DNA of 63,596 nucleotides, filler included, from Octopus bimaculoides (Eukaryota): the NCBI RefSeq assembly GCF_001194135.2. It is 4 parts of 3 records of this genome, joined end to end, with 100 filler letters (N's around TTAATTAATTAA, not from the genome) between each part and the next. Parts side by side here need not be neighbours in the genome. Positions count along the whole stretch, not along the records: positions 40,688 to 60,246 come from NC_068998.1; positions 60,347 to 63,596 come from NC_068998.1; 2 more parts are not named here. One strand, 5' to 3'. Positions 52,325 to 63,596 of this stretch are shown piece by piece. Both the position numbers and the translations under genes were made by a program. How positions within the stretch are numbered: position 1 is the stretch's first letter; each line of letters begins with the position of its first letter. The notes under the pieces are model-generated. The model was not told where the DNA came from and did no database searches. It saw only the letters and a list, made by a program, of their open reading frames with translations.

Positions 52325-52633
52325 TATCTATGCGCCCTTTTAAAAGCCCAGCCAGGCTCATGGGCACGGCTACCCGGTTTCTATGGCGTGTGTGCCCCCC
52401 ACCAGCTAGACGGGACGCCAGTCCATCGCAGCTTTACTCAAGAAACAGGAAGAAAGAGTGAGAGAAAGTTGGGGTGAATGAGTACAACAGGGGTCACCAC
52501 CACCCCTGCCGAAGCCTCGTGGAGCTTTAGTTGTTTTCGTTCAATAAACGCACGCAAAGCCCGATCTGGGAATCGAAACCGCGATCCTCCGACCGCGAGT
52601 CCGCTGCCCTAACCACTGGGTGATTGCGCCTCA
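52325..52633 (-). mobile_element. tRNA-Arg-like-headed SINE
   Basis: Head gaggcgcaatcacccagtggttagggcagcggactcgcggtcggaggatcgcggtttcgattcccag; second copy at ~10594-10785. Confidence 0.75.
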
Positions 52634-53257
52634 AATATTGTTTACTATCATAACTGATTTCTGATTAGGTATAATTAGGATTAGACAGGACGTTGACCAA
52701 ATATAACTATATATGAGTAGACTCAAGGCACAAAACTTAGCAGTTTGTCTTATTGGGCTCACGATCGTAGGATCGCGTGTTCAATTCCCGGCAACTCGAT
52801 GTGTTTCGATCAAAACGCTGTATTTCACATTTCTCTAGTTCATTCAGCATCTAATTAAATGGGCCAGCCTTGTTACATTTCGTGTAACCCTGAAGCTCCA
52901 TGAAAACTATGTCAGTTGTACATCAGTCTGTGGTGGACTCAAAAACTTGCACGTTAATTTTACGCGCAAGCTGTTTTACAGGTCGGATTATCTGGAACAC
53001 TTATCGTCGTAACCGACGGATTTTCAGTTTTAATATGGGCAGATGCTATTCTGTTAATTCCAGAGGAGAATTCCAGTTACACTTCAAAAGGATTTATCCA
53101 CACATGCACACAATATAAATATTGCCTAATATTCCAAAGTCCTGTTTATTTTACCATCTCCTGTTCTATTAAATTGCAGTGTACAAATAATTTAAAATAT
53201 TGACAATATCTTTGATTATTGTCTTTTGAAATGACAATCTCACATTTAATTTTTTAG

Positions 53258-53346
53258 GCGCGTTAAACTAATTGTGAAATGTTATGCAACAATCTTTGAG
53301 ACGTGTGGGGTTGAATTCAAAATAGAGTATATCGTTAAATGCAATA
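53258..53346 (+). CDS. Six-Cys family paralog B, exon 3 (RVKLIVKCYATIFETCGVEFKIEYIVKCN)
   Basis: aattttttag acceptor, A|gtaagt donor; 89 nt, phase 2->1. Confidence 0.9.
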
Positions 53347-53521
53347 GTAAGTATATGCTCTTTATGTTTTAGACAGTGGAAGAACGATAAAGTCCTATAG
53401 ATCTTAAAGAAAATGTAATGTGAGAATCGGCGTCTAAAAATACTAAAGTTGTTGTTTAATAGGAAATTATGAATTATGAATTGTTAATGCAAATGTCACT
53501 AAACTGTATGTATATATATGT

Positions 53522-53569
<48 letters not shown>

Positions 53570-54251
53570 NNNNNNNNNNNNNNNNNNNNNNNNNNNNNNN
53601 NNNNNNNNNNNNNNNNNNNNNNNNNNNNNNNNNNNNNNNNNNNNNNNNNNNNNNNNNNNNNNNNNNNNNNNNNNNNNNNNNNNNNNNNNNNNNNNNNNNN
53701 NNNNNNNNNNNNNNNNNNNNNNNNNNNNNNNNNNNNNNNNNNNNNNNNNNNNNNNNNNNNNNNNNNNNNNNNNNNNNNNNNNNNNNNNNNNNNNNNNNNN
53801 NNNNNNNNNNNNNNNNNNNNNNNNNNNNNNNNNNNNNNNNNNNNNNNNNNNNNNNNNNNNNNNNNNNNNNNNNNNNNNNNNNNNNNNNNNNNNNNNNNNN
53901 NNNNNNNNNNNNNNNNNNNNNNNNNNNNNNNNNNNNNNNNNNNNNNNNNNNNNNNNNNNNNNNNNNNNNNNNNNNNNNNNNNNNNNNNNNNNNNNNNNNN
54001 NNNNNNNNNNNNNNNNNNNNNNNNNNNNNNNNNNNNNNNNNNNNNNNNNNNNNNNNNNNNNNNNNNNNNNNNNNNNNNNNNNNNNNNNNNNNNNNNNNNN
54101 NNNNNNNNNNNNNNNNNNNNNNNNNNNNNNNNNNNNNNNNNNNNNNNNNNNNNNNNNNNNNNNNNNNNNNNNNNNNNNNNNNNNNNNNNNNNNNNNNNAT
54201 CATTATGAAAGTAATAGTAGTAATGATGATGATAACAACAACAACAATGGC

Positions 54252-54348
<97 letters not shown>

Positions 54349-54349
54349 A

Positions 54350-54600
54350 TAAATGCCCTGATGCAGTACGAGGCAGTGGCTGTCATGGCTTCTGATCTTA
54401 ATTGATTGGAAGTGTTATCATGTACATTGTTTTGTCTTGATATAAAGGATGGGCTACACCAAATATTCTGTTCAATACCACAGATTTGCTTGTCAGTCGT
54501 TTGACCTTAACCAGTTGAGCATGACCCTTGGGAACCGACGATATGTGCATCTCTGATCATGAGCAGAAGTAGTGGGGGAGCATCATAGCCATGTGTTTTA
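54350..54600 (-). mobile_element. Dispersed SINE-like repeat tail with (att)/(aat)n
   Basis: aaatgccctgatgcagtac...ttgatcggaag-like body abutting a long microsatellite; family recognised from memory. Confidence 0.5.
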
Positions 54601-54876
54601 CTCATCATCATAGTCATGTGTTTTGTGAATCTGTTTCAGATATATGAACTACATAACACTACTGAATTCCGGATCTGAAGAACTTTCACCGGATGTAATC
54701 ATATGGATGACTTCCTGTTGGTAAATTAGAAAATAACACCCTCTCCGAAATAAGCAGCTGAACCCGAAACTCTAGATCCGCATTCAGTCAGCCTTATTAT
54801 GTCGTTCCAGACATAAACCTCATTCCCCCGTTTGCTCTTGTTTGTTTTTCTGTTTTCCATTTCCTTTCGTTTTCAG

Positions 54877-54932
54877 GTGTATTTGAAATTTTCATATCTA
54901 CCTTTGTCTGGTGTTTCCTCTTATGCCATTAA
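54877..54932 (+). CDS. Paralog B candidate short terminal exon (SVFEIFISTFVWCFLLCH*)
   Basis: tttcgttttcag acceptor; in frame at phase 1; hydrophobic tail then TAA. Confidence 0.45.
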
Positions 54933-55231
54933 CCTGTCTAAGCTTATATATCCCACGTAAGCATAATCGGAAGACTGTGCCAAAGCACCACTTGTTTTAT
55001 GAAAATGCTCTCATCACATCAATATATGAAAAGTATATACTGTGTTTATTAAATTATATTTATCTCTCACCAGATGAAGTATCTTTGAGTTGGTTATACC
55101 TTCACGGAACAGTATACCACACGCACACACACACACACAAACACATATTAGAATTGGCTGTAACAAACCGTATAAATTTTATCTTCACGATATTCATACC
55201 AAATTATTTGCTCCAAATATTTCTTTTCCAG

Positions 55232-55384
55232 GCAAGTCATATCAAGAGATTCCGAGATCAATAATACTTCGATATAAATTGACAACCACTACTGCAACTC
55301 CTCAACAGACCCGAACTACGGCCATCACAACAACTAGAACTTTAATTCATAAAGCCATCAGAACTACGATTCCGCCTGTTAAGA
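55232..55384 (+). CDS. Paralog B candidate Thr-rich stalk exon (SKSYQEIPRSIILRYKLTTTTATPQQTRTTAITTTRTLIHKAIRTTIPPVK)
   Basis: tttcttttccag acceptor, A|gtaagc donor; 153 nt, phase 1->1, open, mucin-like composition. The following exon was not identified and may lie in the gap 55564-56020. Confidence 0.7.
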
Positions 55385-55529
55385 GTAAGCGATGGGGCTG
55401 CATAGGATATGTGTGGTACCTTGTATATTCATCTTGTATTAAAGGATATGACATACATAGACACTCTAAGTAACATGAAACTATTTAATAAGCTGCGAAT
55501 ATACATACATACAAATATACATACATATA

Positions 55530-55562
<33 letters not shown>

Positions 55563-56914
55563 TNNNNNNNNNNNNNNNNNNNNNNNNNNNNNNNNNNNNN
55601 NNNNNNNNNNNNNNNNNNNNNNNNNNNNNNNNNNNNNNNNNNNNNNNNNNNNNNNNNNNNNNNNNNNNNNNNNNNNNNNNNNNNNNNNNNNNNNNNNNNN
55701 NNNNNNNNNNNNNNNNNNNNNNNNNNNNNNNNNNNNNNNNNNNNNNNNNNNNNNNNNNNNNNNNNNNNNNNNNNNNNNNNNNNNNNNNNNNNNNNNNNNN
55801 NNNNNNNNNNNNNNNNNNNNNNNNNNNNNNNNNNNNNNNNNNNNNNNNNNNNNNNNNNNNNNNNNNNNNNNNNNNNNNNNNNNNNNNNNNNNNNNNNNNN
55901 NNNNNNNNNNNNNNNNNNNNNNNNNNNNNNNNNNNNNNNNNNNNNNNNNNNNNNNNNNNNNNNNNNNNNNNNNNNNNNNNNNNNNNNNNNNNNNNNNNNN
56001 NNNNNNNNNNNNNNNNNNNNNAATCACAGACATAATTTTCGTGGTATAACTCTTTATCTCGATAGATATATTCAATTTTGTCCCAGGAATCATATTACAT
56101 GGTTTGCAACCTGCAAAGAAAAAACAAAAAAAAAAAAGAAGACTATCTCGGTTTTTTTTTTTTCTGTCTGAAAGATTCTGAATGCGAATTCGTGCATTGC
56201 ACTGGAAAAGACTTTAAATAATAACAAATGCACAGAATCAATTCAACTTCTTCCGATCGTTTGTTTTATGCGATTGTTAAAGCCTCAATCGCTTACTTTT
56301 AGGAAACGTTCTATTGTCACTGTTCGGGACCTTTTCAGTGACTTAGAGAATTCGTCTCGCGCTCCAAGGTCTGGAACTTATTGCATCTGTGCATGTGTTA
56401 TTATTATTATTGGGGTAATAAATTTCCAAAGATAAGACAATATGTTTATAAAATTAAGTTCGTCATTAGCGTCTTTTTTTTCTTTTTGAGTTCCAAATTC
56501 ATAATAAAAGTTTAGAGATTTGGTAATGCAAGACCCATAACATTAATGACATCGTTGATATTACATTGGTATATTCGTAGTCATTACCTATATAATATAC
56601 TGTAAATATACGCAATGATAATAGAGCTGCAATGCTAATATGACATGATTATTGCAATATCAAAATCTTTACTCGGTGTTTTATTACTATTAAAAGATTT
56701 TAATCGTTGATATTATATTTCTATATCAGTATACCTCTAATTCAAATAAAAACAATTCAGTTACATTCTATACCGAATATGCTTTACATAATTATTAAAT
56801 AGTTTTATTTTTTACATTGCCATTTCTGTAGAAATGCTTAATGCACCACAGATACTTGCTGTTGTTTCAGATGATCTACTTTTCTTGGTCTGTGAGACAG
56901 CATAATTTTATATA

Positions 56915-56954
<40 letters not shown>

Positions 56955-57326
56955 TTCTATGAATATCAGTGACACTGATGTTGCAAATAGGTAATAAGTT
57001 ACTTCCCTAACGATTATCCTGCAATTCCATATATCTTATAAATTCGGCCTTTGTGTAGTTACCGGATGCCTCCGGCTTATGAGTTGCAGTAGACTGAAAT
57101 GAAACGATATGAGAGCTCGGGAGTTCATAACATAAAATTATTGCCTGTATGTTACGATCTATGCCCCCTGTTCCTGTTCCTCAACGCAGTGTACGTTGTT
57201 CTAACAAGATATCCACTTTAATTCGCCTATAAAATTGGCTTCTGGTGCAAATACAGCTTCATTGGCTATTAATGAATTAAAAAAAGTTTATATCTTTACC
57301 AGTTGAATTTTTGGCTTTTGATCCCA

Positions 57327-57429
57327 TTACACCAAGTTTAATATCATAAGTATTCGTAGTATTAAAAGTGATGTCGTAACACACGTTGACGTTCCACTCT
57401 TCGTTTTGTTTTGGGTTTCGTTGTCGTAG
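57327..57429 (-). CDS. Paralog C terminal exon with GPI-signal-like tail (YDNETQNKTKSGTSTCVTTSLLILRILMILNLV*)
   Basis: tatattccag acceptor. The hydrophobic-tail frame needs phase-2 entry (see finding on the microexon); it contains two N-glycosylation sequons. Confidence 0.6.
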
Positions 57430-57850
57430 CTGGAATATATATATATATGAAGAAAACGGTTTTTAATGAGGCCTAGTTTATTCCACTAAGGATTAATTTA
57501 ATCCTAGATATTGATTTCAAATTTTGGAACCGGACCAGCAATTTCGGGAAGGGAACGCCAGTGCTCAACTGGTATTTATTTTATCGACCAAAATGGTTGA
57601 GAATATCTCGGTGGGATTTGAGCATAGAACGTTACAACGGACGGAATGCTGCTAAATAGTTTACCATTCGTGCTAATGAATCTGCCAGCTAGCACCTTCC
57701 TTTTCAGTCAAAGCATCACATGCTTAATATGAAATCAAAATGTAAATTGGCAAAGGTAGTTGCCATTTAGAATATCATTTCATACCCATCACCTTCTGCA
57801 ATATGTTTAAAAGCATAGTTTAAAAACATAACACTAAAAACGTAGCTTAC

Positions 57851-57939
57851 CAACGCAGTTCATCATATATCTATACTTGAAGAAATTATAACATTGCGGA
57901 TTTAAGAATTTCAAACATTGCTTAAGCTTCTTCAAACGA
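57851..57939 (-). CDS. Six-Cys family paralog C, exon 3 (RLKKLKQCLKFLNPQCYNFFKYRYMMNCV)
   Basis: ccttttttccag acceptor, G|gtaagc donor; 89 nt, phase 2->1. Confidence 0.9.
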
Positions 57940-58934
57940 CTGGAAAAAAGGAAAGTTCCAAAACGAAAAATATTAATGTTAATTAAAATTATTAACGAAA
58001 AATATTAATTAAAAATATTAATCTATCCAACTATTTATCCGTCTGTCACTTTGCCAGTTCATCTATCTATCTATCTGTCTCCCTGTCTCCTTGTCTATTT
58101 GTCTGTCTACCTATCTACCTATCTGTCTATTTATCTATGTATCTACCTTTCCTTCCCCCTCTCTCTCTCTCTTTCTATATATGTGTGTGTGAGAGAGAGA
58201 GTATTTGTGTGTATAATATATATACATATGTATACACACACAAACATACACACACCTTCACACATACGCACACACAGACATAGATAAACATGTATAAATG
58301 AGGAATATAAGTGAAGTTTAGAAATTTACAACAGCATAGCAAGTGTGAATCAATTTTCTCTTATATCCTATATCTAAAATCATCCGATGAAAGCTGATGA
58401 TTCTAGTAATGTAATGATAGTAATTGCACAGTTCATCAAAAATAAATCAATGCTGCTGTAACAGCTGTTATAGACTATTAAACCCCACTGTTTATCTTCA
58501 TTTATACAAACGCCATACCTAGAACCATCTATATGCTGAAGCTATAACTTGCATCAGATCGTGTTTGTATACGTGTTTGTATATATATATGTTCGTATAT
58601 ATGCGCGAATATAAATATATGTATGCGCATCACACATCAGCATACGTGTGAGACTCCACCTTCCCTCTGCTTCTTGAATGTTACGATACCTACAATACTT
58701 AACAAATGATATTCAACCGTTTGATATATTTTCTGGCGTCATGGCCAACTGGAAACGGTGTTTCCTAGGGCTAAATAGCAGTAGCATTCTTCCCTTTCAT
58801 GGGACTGCCACATTAAGTTGGCAACATACCATCACTTTATCGTCCCTCTACTGTATAAATCTCATATATATATATGTGTGTGTGTGTATACATATATATA
58901 TATATATGTATATACATATATATATATGTATATA

Positions 58935-58967
<33 letters not shown>

Positions 58968-59819
58968 NNNNNNNNNNNNNNNNNNNNNNNNNNNNNNNNN
59001 NNNNNNNNNNNNNNNNNNNNNNNNNNNNNNNNNNNNNNNNNNNNNNNNNNNNNNNNNNNNNNNNNNNNNNNNNNNNNNNNNNNNNNNNNNNNNNNNNNNN
59101 NNNNNNNNNNNNNNNNNNNNNNNNNNNNNNNNNNNNNNNNNNNNNNNNNNNNNNNNNNNNNNNNNNNNNNNNNNNNNNNNNNNNNNNNNNNNNNNNNNNN
59201 NNNNNNNNNNNNNNNNNNNNNNNNNNNNNNNNNNNNNNNNNNNNNNNNNNNNNNNNNNNNNNNNNNNNNNNATATCTGTATATGTATATATATACACACA
59301 TGCTGGGCGGCCCAAAATTAGGTTTACAGTTATTCAACTATCTCTTTCGCATTCATATATTAATGGTCTAGATTTTAATTATAAAATAAATATGGAACCA
59401 TTATTCTATGCTAATTAGGTTAATTTTGACAAGCTCCCTCTTTAATTTTGGAAGACAGAAATTTAAATGTAATAAAATGTTTTAAAAAAATTTAAAGTGC
59501 TTTTGTGAAAACTGTAAACCTACTTTTAAGCCATCTTGTATATATATATATATGTATATATATACGTGTGCGTGTGCCTCTGTGTGTGTGTGTGTGTGTT
59601 TGCGTGCTTGTGCATGCTTGTGCACATATTAGCATTCGAATCTATTTACAACAACTGAAGCTGAAGGAACACTGCTGTCAAAAATGCTTGACTGTATCAT
59701 AGATTACGGAACCACAGACATCTGTACGCAGCCATGCCAGCGACTCTACTTAAAATCAATAAGTGCATTCTTCACACAGCAAAAACAATTAGATGTAATA
59801 AGGAAAGTGTTGTATATAC

Positions 59820-59916
59820 TCGCAGTATTTAGCTGCATTACTGAAAGGATATTTTTTCACCGCTACGCTGCAGTATTTTATGGCTGAATCAACGCACAAG
59901 TCTGCTACCGCCAAAC
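59820..59916 (-). CDS. Six-Cys family paralog C, exon 2 (GLAVADLCVDSAIKYCSVAVKKYPFSNAAKYCD)
   Basis: gtatttatag acceptor, GA|gtatat donor, phase 1->2; C-x7-C-x15-C with KKYP shared with paralog A. Confidence 0.87.
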
Positions 59917-61399
59917 CTATAAATACAAGCAAATTTATTTGTAATTCTTCAATATCCAAAATTATAAATGATTTTAGTTCTCTCATTCGATTAGACTATT
60001 TTAAATTTGATGATGGCTATAATTTTTTTAATAGTTATGATATTTCCATCTGCTTCAGCGAAGAGTACTTCGATAAACTGACGTGTTTCATCAATAATGA
60101 CATTTACAACGATATGATGTATCTAATTTATGTTGACATATTTACTCCTTCACCAAGTCCAATGATTGTATATATTGTTAAACAGTGAGTGTGTGTGTGT
60201 GTGTATACATATATATGTATATGTATGAATGCATGTACATATATATNNNNNNNNNNNNNNNNNNNNNNNNNNNNNNNNNNNNNNNNNNNNTTAATTAATT
60301 AANNNNNNNNNNNNNNNNNNNNNNNNNNNNNNNNNNNNNNNNNNNNAACTGTTTTGCTATTTCTCGAGTAATTTGTTTCGGATTTTCCTCCTTTATAGTC
60401 TTCAGAAGCTCATAGTTTATAAAACTTGGTCGTGTAGATCGAGGGGAATCTGTGAGAGAAAAGTTTTTTGAGCGAATCCGGTCATGTCCGGGCTCTTAAA
60501 GCTTCATTTCCACAGACAGAGCGAAATATTTTTTGCCGCTTCCATTGCTGAAGAGTTCGTTTTCTAATCCACACAACATGCAATGTCTGATATGGGTTTT
60601 ATCTAAACTCATTTTAAAAGAGTAAAATCAATACGAAGTTAACATCTATGGCATAAAGTAATCTGCAAAGAAAGGAGAAAAGAAACACATTAGGCTTATT
60701 TTACCATAAGTGATCATGTCAAATATGTGACAAGGCTTTCATTTCCAATCTAACACAGGCGCGCGCGCACGCACATTGGTTTCAAACGCCCTCTTCCGAA
60801 ATTGCTGGCACAGAACCAAAGACGAGCTGAATCGTCGGACTATGACTATATACAAATAGTGCGAACATGAGCCCAGGAACTGGAGGTACAGGAGAGGGGA
60901 ATTTGCACCCACTAATTTTTTTTTGTTTGCGGGCGAGGGAGGTACAAAATCAAAATCTGTATCCTCTTACCTTTCTCAGTCTTGGGAAATTATGTTTAAA
61001 AATTGATCTGCAAAAATGTTGCTTGAATTTTCTGTTTGTTCTCAAAACAAGAACAAAGAGCTAAAATAAAAAGAAAACCAAAATATCCCCAAAATTAAAA
61101 GAACATATATATATTACAAGAACAGCCATGGTCATTCCTCAATACTAGCACAGTTGATGACCTATTAAACTTCATAATCAAGAACCCTTCACAGTCCAGA
61201 TATCCTCATTTCCTCTGAATACCACAACTAAACAACAACAATAGCTACAGTCACTCCTCAATACTAACACAATTGATGACCTATTAAACAACACAGCCCC
61301 TAGCTTCTCCTTTCAGTGAAGTTACTCAAATTCTTCTCAGAATAACACATAAGATCCATCATCACTATTGTCATCTTATTCTACTACTACTGCTGTTAT

Positions 61400-61458
<59 letters not shown>

Positions 61459-62862
61459 TTACTACTACTACTAGTGAAAAATCATTCCTTTCTTCACCCC
61501 ACTGTTTTCCTTAATTTGAATGTATACTTCACAGCTCCATGATAAATCAGCCAACTGTAAATAAAGTAAAACTATGAACACGCGAAAACCCAAAATATTC
61601 CGCTATTCTCAACGTGAGAGACTATACTACATACGCAGTGACTGCAACTTCACCCAATTATCTGAGACAGGACGCACAATTTGTACAAGCAATCCCAGCC
61701 AACGTCAAAACACACATCTTATAACACCACCACCACCACTAAATGCCAAATCACACTTAATAACTTCTACACATATAATCCGGAATCCTGAAATCTTTTG
61801 CCATTCCTAATGCAAAAAGTTATATCTGAAATGTGACTGTTCCTTTACTCAGCTTCCAATTAAAAGCATGACTCCAAACCACTACCAAATCCACAGTCGA
61901 AACACTTCTTACAGTGGCAGTGTTTGTCCAGACTTTCAAGAAGAGGCAGCGCTCTTTATCCGTGAAGACCTGGCAACAAATGTCCTCTCCCACAGTGTGT
62001 GATACACTAACGATGCATGTGAGGCAGCAAACCACGGAGATCATTTCAGAGATGTTTTGTTGCTCATAAGTTAAACCCAAGTGATGCCAGCCCACAGGCC
62101 AATGTACTTTTGATAGGGAACTTTCATTTTCTTTGTCTCAGATGGCCGAAGAATAGCTCTTTGATTTCCTATATAGTTGAAGTCAATCTGTTATTGTAAA
62201 TGGTTTTCTCGCTTCCAAGGTACCTCTAATAAGTGGTATACTTCAAGGAACGGTTCTAGGACCATTATTATTTATCATTACCCAATTATTCATAGCGTCA
62301 CAAGTTACGCAAATGAAGCAAACATATCAATAGCTATCCAAATCCCAGAAGATACCATCACACTCCAAAATGAGATATTGCTCATTTATCAATCTCCCTT
62401 TCTCACTCTCTTTCTCTCTCACATACACACGTGCAAGCACGCACGCACGCACGCACGCTCGCACGCTTGCACGTCCGCCCGCCCGCCAGCCCACACGCAC
62501 ACACACACATCCATTTCATTTATCTTCTTTCAATTTCTGCTCTCTGCAAATAATATTTTTACGGATACAACTGCTAACAAAAATAGGGGTGAATGTATAA
62601 TTTCTTTCTATGTTCATAATTAAATTAATGTTTTAATGACTAGAAAGATGTGCAATAGAATAGCTCTCAGAAACAGACAACGTACAAATTCGTTCTTCAC
62701 AACTCCTGAAGCTGTTTTCTGACAAGGGATGGGGGAGTCAGGAAATTTTCATACAGCTGGAGGCCTCAATTGAAACAGGGGGCTCAATATGATAAGGGTG
62801 AGAAACGCTGTTATAGATTATGCCTAACCGGAAGAAGATCACGGCCACATCATCCAAACAGA

Positions 62863-62889
62863 GCGGGTGAAACCGGGCTTAGCTGCTAG
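62863..62889 (+). mobile_element. Possible Helitron-type 3' terminus
   Basis: GC-rich short hairpin gcgggtgaaaccggg followed by CTAG|T. Confidence 0.35.
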
Positions 62890-63596
62890 TATATATATAT
62901 ATATATATATATATTATTTATATTATATGATTGAAAACCACGCATCCTTTTCCAAGTAAATTTTATCTTAATTCTGATGCGCACTCTATACGATCTTTTT
63001 ACTCTTTCATTTTTCTCTCTTTCTCTCTCTTATTCTTTTACCTTCTCTTCTCCTACTATTCTATCCTAATACTCTATCACTCTCTCTCTCCCTCACTCCT
63101 CCTCCCTTGCTCAGGTGGCTCCCACGTGACCATCGGCTATCTTTCTTTCTTCTCTTAACTTGTGTTTCTTTCTTTCTCTCCGTTGTAGCTGGAACAAGGA
63201 AAACGTGTTCTTGTCTGTCTCCTGTCCAAGCTTCATTTATGCGTTCGCCACCACAACCTCGTTTAGGCTTCGCAGCCCTTCCTGTTGTTTTCACTGTCCT
63301 ATTTGTGTTATCACTTTTTTCCCTCCGTAAAATCCCAAATTTTATTTAATTTGCTTTACAGGAGCAACTGTTTTATCGAAAGCGTATATTGTTGTTAAAT
63401 GCTCGAAATACGAGGGTAGAAAAACAGCCAACAACTGATGAAGGGTCGTTCTTTTTGTTGTTTGTCTTGTTTTCCATTTATGTCTTTCGTTGTTCGCAAA
63501 AATAGTCCATATTCCATGTACTCGTACTTCGTGTCTTTTTTGTTGTACACGTTTCGTGACGTCCTGTGCCCACATATGCATATATATATATACATA

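Noticed and set aside
52560-52633. tRNA-like sequences (also ~10710-10785, ~15660-15725, ~33776-33830)
   Set aside because: These are SINE heads: A/B boxes are present, but they run into SINE bodies and lack a proper acceptor stem.
54640-54720. 81-nt exon-like segment, first considered as paralog B exon 3 or a UGA-selenocysteine exon
   Set aside because: The true exon 3 (53258-53346) matches the paralogs. After it this segment reads NI* at phase 1, and I saw no SECIS evidence.
7537-59418. Long ORF-track entries made of X, YI/HT/VC or poly-I/N/D runs
   Set aside because: Translations of N gaps and microsatellites.
59640-59750. Candidate exon 3 for paralog C close to exon 2
   Set aside because: Stops in all frames; a better 89-nt exon with exact Cys spacing exists at 57851-57939.
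59880-60188. 102-aa + strand ORF
   Set aside because: It overlaps paralog C exon 2 antisense; AT-rich with no homology recognised.

Overview
AT-rich, gappy animal genomic DNA saturated with (TA)n/(CA)n/(ATT)n/(CAT)n microsatellites, tRNA-derived SINEs, RTE LINE fragments and MITEs. The repeat landscape is most consistent with an octopus (inference). Left part (~4.8-16.4 kb, - strand): ten phase-consistent coding exons of a ZMYM2/3/4 (woc)-like gene ending in the Crypton-derived DUF3504 domain. Its likely promoter/first exon is at ~43.0-43.2 kb. No MYM-finger exons are visible. Right part (45-60 kb): a cluster of three divergent paralogous multi-exon genes that the ORF track misses because the exons are short. 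They encode small secreted, probably GPI-anchored proteins with an invariant six-cysteine frame (C-x7-C-x15/16-C-x8-C-x7-C-x11-C) and identical intron positions and phases. I do not recognise this family, and it is the main discovery candidate. Further observations: intronic hairpins, a six-copy SINE train in the presumed 3' UTR, nested MITEs, a duplicated splice donor, an orphan ORF island and a CpG-depletion boundary. All coordinates were counted by hand; repeat boundaries are approximate.
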